Assembly: GCA_043228905.1 (NCBI GenBank)
Contig: JBHGNT010000020.1
Coordinates: 14,136,001-14,200,000 of the forward strand
Direction: 5' to 3'
Source: Azolla caroliniana
Lineage: Eukaryota > Plantae > Polypodiophyta
Length of the DNA stretch: 64,000 bases
This document shows, in pieces, positions 10,092 through 23,724 of the stretch. Each line of letters starts with the position of its first letter. Position 1 is the stretch's first letter. The notes beneath the pieces are model-generated. The model had not been told where the DNA came from. It ran no database searches and was given only the letters and a program-made list of their open reading frames with translations. Position numbers and translations under genes: made by a program.

Positions 10092-10861
10092 GTGGAGACG
10101 AGGCGGGACCGCGGGGGTCTCGAACCAAAGAGCAAGCGAGGGAGGAGAAAGAGAGAGAACCGGCTACGCAGGACCGGGGATACACAGGGACACGGCCCTT
10201 CAGCACGGAGAACGCGAACAGACATCGACACAGACAGATGCGAACGACTAAATATGTATATTAACAAAAATGGCTAACACGACTACAACCCTCGATGGGG
10301 CTCAGGTTGGTTACAACCGAACAAGCCGGCGAACAGATGCCGATACTTGTTCGCTTCGACGCACAAAGGGGGGAGCAGGTCGGAGGTGCTGCCGGAAGCA
10401 CTCGGGCGTTCCTCGAAACAGCGCGAGCCTCCTCGGAACCCTGCACAGAAAAGCTATGGAGCTCAAGAAGGAAGGAAACAGAGAGAGAAGCGTCCAGAAA
10501 CGGCCCGACAGCACTTCGTCCTCTCTGCCCGAGATGCCTGCAACAGCTCTTTCCTGCTCCTTATATAGGCCGACGAGCGGGCCGTCCTGTCAGCTTTATT
10601 CCCTGTCCCTTTTGGACAGGGATCCGCTCCGCTCTTCACGCATCCGCGTAGTTACGCCGCCGACTCGTACAGTTCCTTAGCTCGCGCGCGCGACCGAAAA
10701 GACTGTTCGCGCGGTCTTTGTCTCCACTTGTGTTAGGGCCCGTTCCTGCCGATTATCCTCCTAATTCGCTTCTACGTACAACTTGGAGCGTGCGCGCGTG
10801 AAGAACCGGTTCCCACGCCTTGGTGTGCCAATTCCGCTTATGGACGGTTTTCTCCACGACA
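10092..10861 (-). repeat. E2 3' LTR, main part
   Basis: Matches 16607-17376; the missing 24 nt are at 2734-2757. Confidence 0.95.
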
Positions 10862-10932
10862 TCCGCCCCCACCTAACCGCGCATCCTCCGGTATGCGCCA
10901 AGAGAGTTGGGACGGAGAAAACCGGCCCGTCT

Positions 10933-13900
10933 TCATTCCTCGCCCGTCGGTTCTTCCTCGTTTTCGGATCGTTCGTCACTGCTGACTAGGAGAGCCGGGT
11001 CTGGCTCGTCGTCGTGTCGCTTCTTGAACGCTTTGATCCGCTTCCCTACAACCAGTATCGCCACTCTCGTGCCGTCGAGTTCCGCCAGGTGATATGTCCC
11101 GTTGTCATTGGCGCTCCGTACCACGTAAGGCCCGAACCACCTTCGTGCGAACTTCCGTGTGGCTCGGTGCTGGTTGTCGAGGCTGCTGTCGTAGACGAGC
11201 ACCCAGTCACCTTCTTCGATTTTCTTCGGTCGGAGCCGGTGCGTTCGGTCGAACCTGGCTTTGTTCTTTGTCCTCGCCACCCGGAGCTTCTCCGCAGCCA
11301 GTTCCACGTCCTCCGGTCTCCGCTCGAGTTGTCGTATACGCGCGGCCAACAACTCCTCCCGGCTCATCTCGTCCCTCCAATCGACCGTTGCCCATGAGGA
11401 GATCGTCCGTTCCATCGGCATGATCGGCTTCTGGCCGAACATGAGCTCCGTCGGCATGTACCCGGTTACCGAACTGTGCGTAGTCCGGTCCGCCCACAAA
11501 GCATAAGGTAGCAGCCGCGGCCAGTTACCGACTCAGCCTCCGCATGCTCGAACCAGCGCCTTGACAATCGGCCCGTGTCCGCGCTCCACCTTTCCATTCG
11601 CCTCCGGATTGTACGCAGTGGTGAGCGAGAGCTTGACTCCCAGCCGGTCCAACAGCTCCGCGGCTTCTTCGGCGTCCAACTCCCCTCGGTCAGCCACGAT
11701 CTTCCCGACGCACCCGTACCGGCATATCACGTCCTCGATTAGGAACCGACATACGGCCGCGGTCGTTTTGTTCGGAAGGGCCCGGCCTTCCACCTGGTTC
11801 GTCAGATCCTCCCGCGCTAGGACCAGGTACCGCATCTGTCCTACTCCCATTGGCATCGTTACCAGATCTACCATCCATTTGAAATGGATGGCCGGAGGGT
11901 ACGTAGGGTGAAGCTCGTCTCGATGTCGGACTATGGAATGCATCTGACAGCTCTCGCAAGTTGTCACGAACCGATGCACGTCCTGGTACTGCCCCGGCCA
12001 CCAATACTTCCCCTTCAGTTTCTCAAACGTAGCCCATGTTCCACGGTGTCCAGCCCAAGGGCTGTCGTGGTAGGCCGCTAGCAGCTCCTCCTGATCTTCC
12101 TTCATTGCCACCACCCGGAGCGGGACGTCGTTCCTCTTCTTCGGGTGCTTCCACAAGTATCCATCCCGGAGAAAGAATGGGTACGCTTTCTTCCGGATCC
12201 GGTTGGCCTCGTCCTTCGTCCATGACGCATCGGGCGTCATTGTCTTCAAAAACCCACCGATCTGCAGCCACTCCCCGTCGTACTTTCTCGCGTCGAAGTC
12301 GTTAAGCGCCGGAGTGCTTGTTCCGTCGGTTGTCACATACGCAGTCTCGAAGAAGTCCACGCCGACCTCTTCGTCCTCCGAAACCATGCCGCCCTCGTCA
12401 TCGAATCTCGCCCTTGAAAGCATGTCGGCCATGGCGTTGTCTTTCCCGGAAATGTGTCGTATTCCCGGGTCCAGGGACTTGATGTACGCTATCCACCTGA
12501 GCATTGCCAGGTCCGGCGTCGCGCATCCGGAAACCATGCCGAGAATCGGCATGCAATCCGTCTCTATGATTACCTCTGTCCCGATCAGATAGTCCTTGTC
12601 GGCCTTCACCGCCGAAACGATACCCCAGAGTTCGCGTTTAACTTGGGCGTATCCTCGCTGCCGCTCACTGAGGACCTTCGCGCCGAATCGGATCGGAAAC
12701 CAATTGCCGTCCTCGTCTTCTTGGTTGACGACCCACCCGATTCCGGTCGGACTCGTGTCAACCGTTATGTACACTGGGGTGCCCTTCCTGTAGACGGCCT
12801 TTCGGAGCGCCGGTGCTGCCGAAAGAGCCTCCTTCAGCTTCCGGACCGACTCCGTGTGCTTGTCTAGCCATTCGAATCTTCGCCCTTTCTTCAATAATCC
12901 GTATAGCGGCTCCGCAACGTGGGCGTAATGCGGGATCCATATGTGGTAGAATGCGCATGCCCCCAGGAATCTTCGTACTTCCGTGACCGAGCTGCAGTCG
13001 GGCTTCATCGCGGAGATAGCTTCTACCTTTGCCGGAGACGGTTTCCGGCCATATGGCCCACATAAGTGTCCGACCATCATGATTTCCGACTGCCCGAAGG
13101 CTGATTTCTCCCCCGAGAAGGTGAGCCTCGCATCCTCTAACCTTTGCAGCACCTTCTCGCAGTCGTCGATGTGCGTCATCACGAATCGCCGGCATCCGTC
13201 CGGCCCGATCGTCTCGTCCTTCTCTTCTACCGGGCATCCCTTGATCGGGATGTCGTCTAGAAACGGCATGGTGATGTCCGGGATGCAGTCCCTCAGCACC
13301 TTGTTCATCGCATTCACCATGTGGGCCACCGAGTTGGTCCCTCCTTGTGGCAGCGTACACATCCGCACTAGGCCGAGGGGAGTTCGCATCGTCGTAATGT
13401 CTCTGCTCTCCACGGCTAGCTGGAACTGGTCGTACCCTGAGTATAGATCACCGACCGAGTAAATCGACCTTCCGGCGAAGGCCTCCGCGAACTCGTCTAT
13501 GGTCGGTCCGATCCCTGCGTTCCGAATGGTCACTCTATTGACCGGCTGCAGGTCCTGAATGAAGCGCAATGATCCGTTTTTCTTTGGTACGGTAAACCAT
13601 CGGTTTGAATACGGGGCGCTCGACGGCTCGAGAATGCCCATATCAACTTTCTGCTTCAACAGCTCCATCAACTTCGGGATGTGAGCTCTCGGAACCGAAA
13701 TTGGCTTGAGATTCCACGGTACATGCGGTACCGTGAATATCACCATTGGCTCTACGATCGTCGGGTCCACGCACCCGATTTCCTCCGGCAAGAATGCGAA
13801 GGCTTTCCCGTGCCTTCCGAGCATTCTCCGAAACCGGTCTTCCTCCGCCGGTAGCAGGAACCCGCCCCCACCGATTTTGAGCTCCCGGAGCGTCTCGTTG

Positions 13901-14415
13901 GTGAAGGTGTGTCCTATGCAGGCCGGATCTCGTAAGCTGGGGTCCGATGCAACCCCTTTGATTCGCGACTCGCTGCCCTCCAGTAAGGGTACCGCGACTG
14001 GCCTTACCTTCCGGTCCACAGTCTTATACTTGGTGCTTACTCGGGCCGTCCGATCCGACTCGAGCCCCCGACCAAAGTCCGCGATGACTTCGTACATTTC
14101 TTCGGAACATACCGGTATCGTCCGGTCTTCGTTAAGGTCTTCTTCGACTACCTTTCCCAGCATTCCCAAGGTGTCGTCGAAGGAGACTGCCTCCACGGCT
14201 CCGTTGATTTCTTCGTCAGGGCCGAGAACTCCGCACGCTCGAAGTCTCCCCTCCGTCTTTGTTTTCTCTCGGCCGGCGATGCCGACCATCGTACATGCTC
14301 CGCTGTCGGAGAAGCAAAATTCCCTACCTATTGTACACGGTTTTATCGTACAGATGTGGGGTTTCCCCGGAGCATCCGGACTGTCGCGGCCCCACGCCTT
14401 GGCAGTCCTCTCTAA
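10933..14415 (-). pseudogene. E2 pol with one premature stop in integrase
   Basis: ORFs 11533-14289 and 10933-11499 are in the same frame, separated by TGA at 11533-11535 (CAA in E1). Confidence 0.92.
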
Positions 14416-16538
14416 AAATCCTCTCGGTTTTCGGAACCGAGGGAATCGCGGTTACGTTCGTGGTTCGGCCGTACCGTCAGAAACTGGACCGAATGGTGCC
14501 CGTCTTGGCTTTTGACCCTCGCGTAGGCCGAACCATTGTCCAGCACTTTGGTCTCCATTCGCGCCGCCGTGATGTACGGCTCTCCCAGTATGACCGGATG
14601 CGAAGATGTCTCCTGCACGAAGAAGTGCTGGTCAATCTCGACGTCGCCGATCTTGACTCGCACATTCGGACAGGCCCCGTGCAGTTCCTCGGTGGCGCGC
14701 GTTGCTGCCCTTATTTTCCACCCGTGCTTGGTGTTGATCGGCCATTTGCCCTTCTTATAGAAGTCCATGGACATCAAATTGATCTCCGATCCGTGGTCCA
14801 CCAAAGCTATCACCGGTTCCTGGACATCGCCGATCTTCACCGGGGTTTCCGTGGTCGCTCGGGCCCAGTGTGGTCTCGAATAGTGGCTTTCCGCCCACTC
14901 GTCTCCCAGCGCCATGTCGTCTAGGTGCGTCGTCCGCACTTCCACCGGTCTCTCCGGTTCTGTCTCCGTTGACAGCCTCTTCCGTTTCACCAAGTCCACG
15001 ATGGAGTCATGGAACTCCTTCTTGGCGGTTCCCAGCACCTCTCGTAACGACAGCTCCACCTTGCTGTCGAGGATCCGTTCCTCCAGGACCTTTCGTAAGT
15101 CCGTGGTCCTTTCTATCTCCGTCCCCAGACGGTACCCGCCCTTCTGGGGTTTATCTTGCGTACCGGCCCCGCCGGCTTCGTCCCGTCGTGGGCCGGACCG
15201 GGTCTCGTATCGTTGTGAGGGCCCGGTCGTCCCGGGTTTCCCCACCCGCTTCTCTTCTACCAGAGCCTCGTAGTTCTGGCAAGCAGCTTCCACGAAGCCC
15301 GTCTTTTCCTCGACCGGGTCGCTCCACCCGGTCATCTCCCGTACCCGTTTCTCCGCACGGTCCGATTCCTCCCTTTTAAGCCTTGCACCGGCAAGGCCTT
15401 CCAGCATCGTCGGCCAGAATCCGGCTTTGCTTTCCCTTCGGGCCTCGCCGCCCCCGACTCGAATGCCGGCCGACGCCGAGTAGTGGACGGTTTCCGCGTG
15501 TCGGGCCGCCGCCTCTTCCATCAACCTTTTCATACCACCTCGCCCGTCGTTTCGGCTCAGGGCCCTTCGGGTGTCGCTGGCATGCACCCGTCCTTCCCAC
15601 AGGTACACCACCCTGTTCCTCAGCGCCTCCGCGAAGTCGCCGCAGTCCTTCCGAATGTGGCCGACTTCATCGCACCACATGCACCTGTTTCCTGCCGCCG
15701 GCCGTCGGTCACGAGCCGGTTCGCCACCTTCCCTTCGGGCTTGCGCGATTTGGAGGTCCTTTATCGCCCTCGTCAATTCCTCCAGCGCCGCTCCTCCGGT
15801 TGAGCCTCTGACTACGCCGGTCGAAGCCGAACCGGTTTCCAACCACTCTCGGGTCTCTTCCTTTCGCACCTGTGGCGCTGGTTCGAGCTTCCTTGCTACG
15901 ACCGAGCCCGACCCGGCTGCCCCGTTATCCGCCCATTCTCGCCGTTTGTCGAAACGGCCACAGACTTTCTTGACAGCCACCCAGTCGATAGTGAGCCCGT
16001 CTTCGGTTTCCAGCAAGAGGCCCACTTGCTCCCGATCCCGCTCGTCGACCGACTTGACAAACAGCAAGACCCGGCTCGTGTCCAGGATGGTTCGGTCGAG
16101 CGCCGAAAGGCGCGCAAAGTTTTCCTCGAACTCCCGGAGGAGTGCCGACGCGTTTCTTCCCTTCCCCGGGGACTCCACCCATTCCATGAACCTTCGCTTC
16201 GAAAGCCGGAGCGCGTCGTCCAGCCCGTATTTCTCTAGGAGCCGACCTTCGAACTCCTCCCAGGTACGGCTCTCCGCCCGCACCTCGAGCACCTCCGCAT
16301 GGATGCTCGGCATCGCCACTCGGGGAAATCCGGCAAGACGCCTTTCTTCCGGAATGTCCCGCATCAGCATCTCTGCACCGTAGGACGCCAAATACTTCGT
16401 GGCATCCTTCCCATCGAACCGGCCGATCGTGCCGACGACCGCCTCAATAGCTCTGTCGAGGGCACCGGTGCCCTCGCGCGCGTTTACAATCCGATCCACG
16501 GCCGAAGCCATGGCCTCTGCAAGATCCGACCCCCTCAT
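14412..16538 (-). CDS. E2 gag + aspartic protease
   Basis: Intact ORF nearly identical to E1 ORF1, ending REDF-stop. Confidence 0.9.
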   Translation of the reverse strand: MRGSDLAEAMASAVDRIVNAREGTGALDRAIEAVVGTIGRFDGKDATKYLASYGAEMLMRDIPEERRLAGFPRVAMPSIHAEVLEVRAESRTWEEFEGRLLEKYGLDDALRLSKRRFMEWVESPGKGRNASALLREFEENFARLSALDRTILDTSRVLLFVKSVDERDREQVGLLLETEDGLTIDWVAVKKVCGRFDKRREWADNGAAGSGSVVARKLEPAPQVRKEETREWLETGSASTGVVRGSTGGAALEELTRAIKDLQIAQARREGGEPARDRRPAAGNRCMWCDEVGHIRKDCGDFAEALRNRVVYLWEGRVHASDTRRALSRNDGRGGMKRLMEEAAARHAETVHYSASAGIRVGGGEARRESKAGFWPTMLEGLAGARLKREESDRAEKRVREMTGWSDPVEEKTGFVEAACQNYEALVEEKRVGKPGTTGPSQRYETRSGPRRDEAGGAGTQDKPQKGGYRLGTEIERTTDLRKVLEERILDSKVELSLREVLGTAKKEFHDSIVDLVKRKRLSTETEPERPVEVRTTHLDDMALGDEWAESHYSRPHWARATTETPVKIGDVQEPVIALVDHGSEINLMSMDFYKKGKWPINTKHGWKIRAATRATEELHGACPNVRVKIGDVEIDQHFFVQETSSHPVILGEPYITAARMETKVLDNGSAYARVKSQDGHHSVQFLTVRPNHERNRDSLGSENREDF

Positions 16539-16560
16539 CTTCTGCTCTTCTGCCGCCTCT

Positions 16561-16578
16561 TTCACGTCGGGTTCACCA
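16561..16578 (-). promoter_or_regulatory. Primer binding site, tRNA-Trp (E2)
   Basis: Identical 18-mer to E1 PBS. Confidence 0.88.
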
Positions 16579-16582
16579 AAGA

Positions 16583-17376
16583 TGTCGAGATATTTCGCAA
16601 GTGCGTGTGGAGACGAGGCGGGACCGCGGGGGTCTCGAACCAAAGAGCAAGCGAGGGAGGAGAAAGAGAGAGAACCGGCTACGCAGGACCGGGGATACAC
16701 AGGGACACGGCCCTTCAGCACGGAGAACGCGAACAGACACCGACACAGACAGATGCGAACGACTAAATATGTATATTAACAAAAATGGCTAACACGACTA
16801 CAACCCTCGATGGGGCTCAGGTTGGTTACAACCGAACAAGCCGGCGAACAGATGCCGATACTTGTTCGCTTCGACGCACAAAGGGGGGAGCAGGTCGGAG
16901 GTGCTGCCGGAAGCACTCGGGCGTTCCTCGAAACAGCGCAAGCCTCCTCGGAACCCTGCACAGAAAAGCTATAGAGCTCAAGAAGGAAGGAAACAGAGAG
17001 AGAAGCGTCCAGAAACGGCCCGACAGCACTTCGTCCTCTCTGCCCGAGATGCCTGCAACAGCTCTTTCCTGCTCCTTATATAGGCCGACGAGCGGGCCGT
17101 CCTGTCAGCTTTATTCCCTGTCCCTTTTGGACAGGGATCCGCTCCGCTCTTCACGCATCCGCGTAGTTACGCCGCCGACTCGTACAGTTCCTTAGCTCGC
17201 GCGCGCGACCGAAAAGACTGTTCGCGCGGTCTTTGTCTCCACTTGTGTTAGGGCCCGTTCCTGCCGATTATCCTCCTAATTCGCTTCTACGTACAACTTG
17301 GAGCGTGCGCACGTGAAGAACCGGTTCCCACGCCTTGGTGTGCCGATTCCGCTTATGGACGGTTTTCTCCACGACA
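16583..17376 (-). repeat. E2 5' LTR
   Basis: TGTCG...CGACA, 794 bp, adjacent to PBS. Confidence 0.95.
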
Positions 17377-17380
17377 ACGT

Positions 17381-18015
17381 GTGCGTGGAGAAACGAGGCG
17401 GGACCACCGGGGTCTTGAACCAAAGAGCAGGTGATAGAAGGGGAAAGAGAAAGAGAGAGACGCTCGGTTACGTATGAGCAAAGAAACATAGGGACACGGC
17501 CCTGTCAACGCAGAAGACACGAACGGACACAGAGACAAAGAGACACGAATGTTTGTATATTAATGAATGGCAAATTAACAACAGAGCACGTGAGCGGTTA
17601 CAACCGAACAGGCCGGCGAATAGATGTCGATGCCTGCTCGTCTGTGCACGAAAGGGGATAGGATGGAGGTGCTGCCGGAAGCACACGGGCGTTCCTCGAA
17701 GCAGCGCGAGCCTCCCGAAAACCTGCAGAGAAGAGCAATACATAACAAACAGAGGAGAAGCGTTCGGTTACAGTCCGACAGCACTTCGTCCTCCTCAATG
17801 CGTGATCCCCCCTTTATCTCCGCGTCTCCCTCTCTTTTAGAGCATCAAGAGGGGAGTCGTTTCCCTCAGTAACTTCCTACCTACCGAATCTAACTACCTA
17901 GGATATGCCTTTGTACCTAATTCTCTAGTATATACATTAATGGCGTACACGCGTGAAAAGCCGGTTCACGCGCGCTATGCACCGATTGCTCTAAGGGACG
18001 GTTTTCTTCACGATA
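17381..18015 (-). repeat. E3 3' LTR, main part
   Basis: Matches 23743-24377; inner terminus mutated (CACGATA); the missing 18 nt are at 2716-2733. Confidence 0.92.
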
Positions 18016-18049
18016 TCCGCCCCCACCTAACCGCGCATCCACCGATATG

Positions 18050-21000
18050 CGCCAAAATTGGGTTCTGGTTGGAGGAAACCGGTCCGGGTTCTGGTTCCTC
18101 GTCCATCGGTTCATCCTCCGTCTCGAACTGTTCGTCATCGTTGTCCAGGCCTCTTAGATTCGGTTCGCCGTCGTGGCGCTTCTTAAACGCTTTGATCCGC
18201 TTCCCTGCTACCGGTATCGCCATCCTCGTACCGTCGAGTTCCGCCAAGTGATACGTCCTGTTGTCATTGGCGCTCGTTACCACGTAAGGCCCGAACCACA
18301 GCTTTGCAAACTTCTGTGTTGCTCGGTGCTGGTTGTCGAGGCTGCTGTCATAGACTAGCACCCAGTCAGTCGCCTTCCTCGATTTTCTTTGGTCGGAGCC
18401 GGTGCGTTCGGTCGAACCGGGCTTTGTTCCTCATCCTCGCCGTCCGAAGTCTCTCCGCCGCTCGTTCCACATCCTCTAGCCTTCGCTCGAGCTGCCGTAT
18501 ACGCGCCGCTAGCAGTTCTTCCCGACTCATCTCGTCTCTCCAGTCCAGTGTCGCCCAAGAGGAGATCGTTCGTTCCATCGGCATGATCGGCTTCTGTCCG
18601 AACATGAGCTCTGACGGCATGAACCCGGTTATCGAACTGTGCGTTGTCCGGTCCGCCCACAAGGCATAGGGTAACAGTCGTGGCCAGTTCCCGACCTGGT
18701 CTCCGCATGCCCAGACTAGCGCTTTGACGATCGGTCCGTGTCCGCGCTCCACCTTCCCGTTCGCCTTCGGATTGTACGTTGTGGTGAGCGAGAGCTTGAC
18801 CCCTAACCGGTCGAACAGCTCCTCGGCCTCTTCGGCGTCCAACTCCCCGCGGTCAGCCACGATCTTACCTCCTCGATCAGGAACCGACACACGGCCGCGG
18901 TCGTTTTGTTCTGCAAGGCTCGGCCTTCCACCTGGTTCGTCAGATCCTCCCGGGCCAGCACCAGATATCGCATCTGCCCTACGCCCATCGGCATCGTCAC
19001 CAAATCTACCATCCATTTGAAGTGGATGGCCGGAGGGTATGTAGGGTGAAGCTCGTCCCGATGTCGAACTATGGAGTGTATCTGACAGCTCTCACAAGTT
19101 GTCACGAACCGATGCACGTCCCGGTACAGTCCCGGCCACCAGTACTTCCCCTTTAGTTTCTCGAACGTGGCCCACGTCCCACGGTGTCCAGCCCAGGGGT
19201 TGTCGTGGTAGGCCTTCAGCAACTCCTCCTGTTCCTCCTCCATCGCCACTACCCGGAGCGGGATGCCATTTCTCTTCTTCGGGTGCTTCCACAAGTATCC
19301 GTCCCGGAGAAAGAATCGGTACGCTCTCTTCCGAATCCGGTTGGCCTCATCCTTTGTCCATGATGCATCTGGCGTCATCGTCCTTAAGAATCCTCCAATC
19401 TGCAGCCACTCCCCGTCGTACTTGCTCTCGTTAAAATCGTTAAGCGCCGGAGTGCTCCCCCCCTCGGTTGTTACGTAGGACACCTCGAAGAAGTCTACGC
19501 CGACTTCCTCGTCCTCCGAAACCATGCCGCCCTCGTCATCGAATAGCGCCCTCGAAAGCATGTCGGCCATGGCATTGTCTTTCCTGGAAATGTGTCGTAT
19601 TTCCGGATCCAGGGACTTGATGTACGCTATCCACCTGAGCATTGCCAAGTCCGGGGTTGCGCATCCGGAAACCATGCCGAGAATCGGCATGCAGTCCGTC
19701 TCGATAATCACCTCTGTCTCGATCAAATAGTCTTTATCGGCCTTCACCGCCGAAACGATACCCCAGAGTTCGCGTTTAACCTGGGCGTATCCTCGTTGTC
19801 GCTCGCTAAGGACCTTCGCGCCGAACCGGATTGGGAACCGAATGCCGTCCTCATCTTCTTGGTTGACGACCCATCTGATCCCGGTCGGACTCGTATCTAC
19901 CGTCATGTAGATGGGAGTACCTTTCTCGTAGACAGCCTTCCGGAGTGTCGGAGCTGCAGCAAGAGCATCCTTCAACTTTCGGACCGACTCCGCATGCTCG
20001 TCTCGCCACTCGAATTTTCGCCCCTTTTTCAGCAACCCGTATAGCGGCTCGGCAACGTGGGCGTAATGCGGGATCCATATGTGGTAGAACGCGCATGCTC
20101 CCAAGAACCTCCGTACCTCCGTGACCAAGTTACAGTCCGGCTTCATTGCGGAGATGGCTTCCACCTTAGCCGGAGACGGTTTCCGGCCATACGGTCCGCA
20201 TAGATGTCCGACGACCATGATCTCTAATTGCCCGAAGGCCGATTTCTCCCCGGAGAAGGTGAGCCTCGCGTCCTCTAGCCTCTGCAGCACCCTCTCGCAG
20301 TCGTCAATGTGTGTCGCCACGAATTTCCGGCATCCGTCCGGTTCGATCGTTTCGTCCTTTTCCTCCACCGGACATCCCTTGATCGGGATATCATCCAAGA
20401 ATGGCATGGTGATGTCCGGGATACAATCCCTCAGCACGTTGTTCATCGCATTCACCATGTGGACCACTGAGTTCGTCCCTCCTTGTGGCAGGGTACACAT
20501 CCGCACTAGGCCGAGAGGAGTCCGCATCGCCTTAATGTCTCTGCTCTCTACGGCTAGTTGGAACTGATCGTACCCCGAGTACAGATCACCGATCGAGTAG
20601 ATCGACCTTCCGGCGAAGGCCTCCGCGAACTCGTCTATCGTTGGTCCGATTCCTGCGTTCCGAATGGTCACTCTGTTGACCGGTTGCAGGTCTTGAATGA
20701 AGCGCAACGTCCCGTTTTTCTTCGGTACGGTAAACCACCGGTTCGAGTACAGGGCACTCGACAGTTCGAGGATGCCCATATCGACTTTCTGCCTCAACAG
20801 CTCCATCAGCTCCAGGATGTGAGCTCTCGGTACCGGAATTGGTTTGAGATTCCACGGCACATGCGGTACCGTGAATATCACCATTGGCTTCACAACTGTC
20901 GGGTCTACGCACCCAATCTCTTCCGGTGAGAATGCGAAGGCTTTCCCGTGCCTTCCGAGCATTCTCCGAAACCGGTCTTCTTCCGCCGGCAGTAGGAAAC

Positions 21001-23680
21001 CGCCCCCACTGATTTTGAGCTCCCGTAGCGTTCTGTCGGTGAAGGTGTGTCCTATGCAGGCCGGATCTCGTAAACTGGGGTCCGACGCGACCCCCTTGAT
21101 TCGCAACTCGCTGCCCTCCGGTAAGGGTGCCGCGACTGGCCTTACCTTCCGGTCCACAGTCTTGTACTTCGTGTTAACCCAGGCCGTCCGATCCGACTCG
21201 AGCCCCCGACTGAAGTCCGCGATGACTTCGTACATCTCTTCTGAACAAACCGGTATCGTCCGGTCCTCTTTAAGGCCTTCTCCGACCACCTCTCGCAATA
21301 TTCCCAAGGTATCGTCGAAGGAGACCGCCTCCACGGCTCCGTTGATTTCCTCGCTGGGCCCGAGAACTCCGCACGCCCGAAGTCGCTCTTCCGCCCTTGT
21401 CTTTTCTCGGCCAACGACGCCGACTATCGTACACCCTCCGTTGTCGGAGAAACAAAACTTCCTACTTATAGTACAAGGTTTCTTTAGTTTCGCCTCTATC
21501 GTACATTTGTGGGGTTTTCCCGGACTGTCCGGACTGTCGCGGCCCCACGCCTTGACAGCCCTCTCTAAAAATCCTCTCGGTTCTCGCCACCGAGGGACTA
21601 GCGGTTTCGCTCGTAGTTCGGTCGCACCGTCAGGAACTGGACCGAATGATGCCCATCCTGACTCTTGACCCTCGCGTAAGCCGACCTGTTGTCCAGCACC
21701 TTGGTCTCCATCCGCGCTGCCGTAATGTACGGTTCTCCCAGTATGACCAGGTGCGAGGACATCTCCTACACAAAGAAGTGTTGATCTATCTCGACGTCGC
21801 CGATCTTGACTCGCACGTTTGGGCAGGCCCCGTGTAGTTCCTCGGTGGCGCGCATCGCCGCCCGTATCTTCCACCCGTGCTTGGTGTTGATCGGCCATTT
21901 CCCCTTCTTGTAGAAGTCCATGGACATCAGGTTTATTTCCGAACCGTGGTCCACCAGCACAACCACCGGTTCCTGAACATCTCCGATCTTCACCGGGGTT
22001 TCCGTGGTCGCTCGGGCCCTGTGTGGCCTCGAATAGTGGCTCTCCGCCCACTCGTCTTCCAGCGCCATGTCCTCTATGTGCGCCGTCCGCACCTCCACCG
22101 GCCTTTCCGGTTCTGCCTCCGTCGACAGCCTCTTCCTCTTCACCAAGTCCACGATGGAGTCGTGGAACTCCTTGGCGATTCCGAGCACCTCCCGCAACGA
22201 CAAATCCACCTTGCTGTCGAGGATTCGTTCTTCCAGGACCTTTCGTAGGTCCGTGGTCCTTTCGATCTCCGTGCCCAAACGGTATCCGCCCTTCTTGTGG
22301 TTATCCCAGGCACTGGACTCACCGGCCTCGTTCCGTTTCAGCCCAAATCGGGTTTCGTATCTCTGTGAGGGTCCGGCCCCTCCGGTTTTACCTACCCGTT
22401 TGTCTTCAACCAAAGCCTCGTAGTTCTGGCAAGCTGCTTCGACGAAACCCGTCTTTTCTTCGACCGGGTCACTCCACCCGGTTACCTTCTGGACCCGCTT
22501 CTCCGCGCGGTCCGCCTCGTCTTTCTTTAGTCGGGCACCGGCGAGTCCTTCCAGCACCGTCGGCCAGAACCCGGCTTTGCTCTCCTTCCTGGCCTCGCTG
22601 CCTCCGACCAGGATACCGGCTGACGCTGAGTAGTGGACGGTCTCCGCGTGCCGAGCCGCCGCCTCTTCCATCAGCCTTTTCATTCCTCCTCGCCCGTCGT
22701 TTCGGTTCAGGGCCCTCCAGGTATCGTTGGCGTGCACCCGACCTTCCCACAGGTACACTACCCGGCTTCTCAAAGCCTCCGCAAAGTCCCCGCAGTCTTT
22801 CCGGATGTGGCCGACCTCGTCGCACCACATGCACCTATTTCCTGCCGGAGGCCGTCGGTCACGAGCCTGTTCGCCACCTTCCCTCCGAGCCTGGGCAATC
22901 TGGAGATCCTTTACCGCTCGTGTCAACTCCTCCAAAGTTGTCCCCCCCAGACGAGCCTCTAACCACGCCGATCGAAGCCGAACCGGTTTCGAGCCACTCT
23001 CGGGTCTCTTCCCGTCGCGCCTGTGGTATCGGTTCGAGCTTCCTTGCTGCAACAGGACCCGCCCCTATATCAGCCCACTCCCACCGTTTGTCAAAACGGC
23101 CGCAGACTCTTTTTACCGCGGCCCAGTCGGCCGTCAGCCCGTCTTCGGTTTCCAGTAAGGAGCCCACTTGCTCCCGATCCCGTGCGTCAACCGATTTGAC
23201 AAACAGTAGGACACGACTTGTGTCCAGAACGGTCCGATCGAGCGCCGAAAGGCGCGCAAAGCGATCCTCAAACTCCCGGAGGAGTGCCGACGCATTTCTT
23301 CCTTTGTCGGGGGACTCCACCCACTCCATGAAGCCCCGCTTCGAGAGTCGAAGCGCGTCATCCAGCCCGTATTTCTCCAGGAGCCGTCCTTCGAACTCCT
23401 CCCAGGTCCAGCTCTCCGCCCGGACCTCGAGCACCTCCGCATGGATGCCCGGCATCACCACTCAAGGGAATTCGGCAAGACGCCTCTCTTCCGGAATATC
23501 CCTCATCAACATCTCCGCCCGGTAGGACGCCAAATAACTCGTGGCATCCTTTCCACTGAACCGGCCGATCATACCGACGATCGCCTCAATAGCCCTGTCA
23601 AGGGCGCCGGTGCCCTCGCGCGCGCTCACTATCCGGTCCACGGCCGAAGCCATGGCCTCTGCAAGATCCGACCCCCTCAT
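18050..23680 (-). pseudogene. E3 gag-PR and pol, decayed
   Basis: Homologous to E1 ORFs but with TGA at 23462, frameshifts near 22950, 21770 and 18366, and a short deletion near 18868; 3' coordinate approximate. Confidence 0.9.
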
Positions 23681-23702
23681 CTTCTGCTCCTCTGCCGCCT
23701 TG

Positions 23703-23720
23703 TTCACGTCGGGTTCACCA
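23703..23720 (-). promoter_or_regulatory. Primer binding site, tRNA-Trp (E3)
   Basis: Identical 18-mer to E1/E2 PBS. Confidence 0.88.
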
Positions 23721-23724
23721 AATA

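Larger units (their letters stand above)
2734..17376 (-). mobile_element. E2: Ty3/gypsy LTR retrotransposon (body 10092-17376 plus LTR stub 2734-2757), contains E1
   Basis: 5' LTR 16583-17376 (794 bp); 3' LTR = 2734-2757 + 10092-10861 (24+770=794 bp); TSD ACGT 2730-2733 / 17377-17380; about 5 LTR mismatches by eye. Confidence 0.95.
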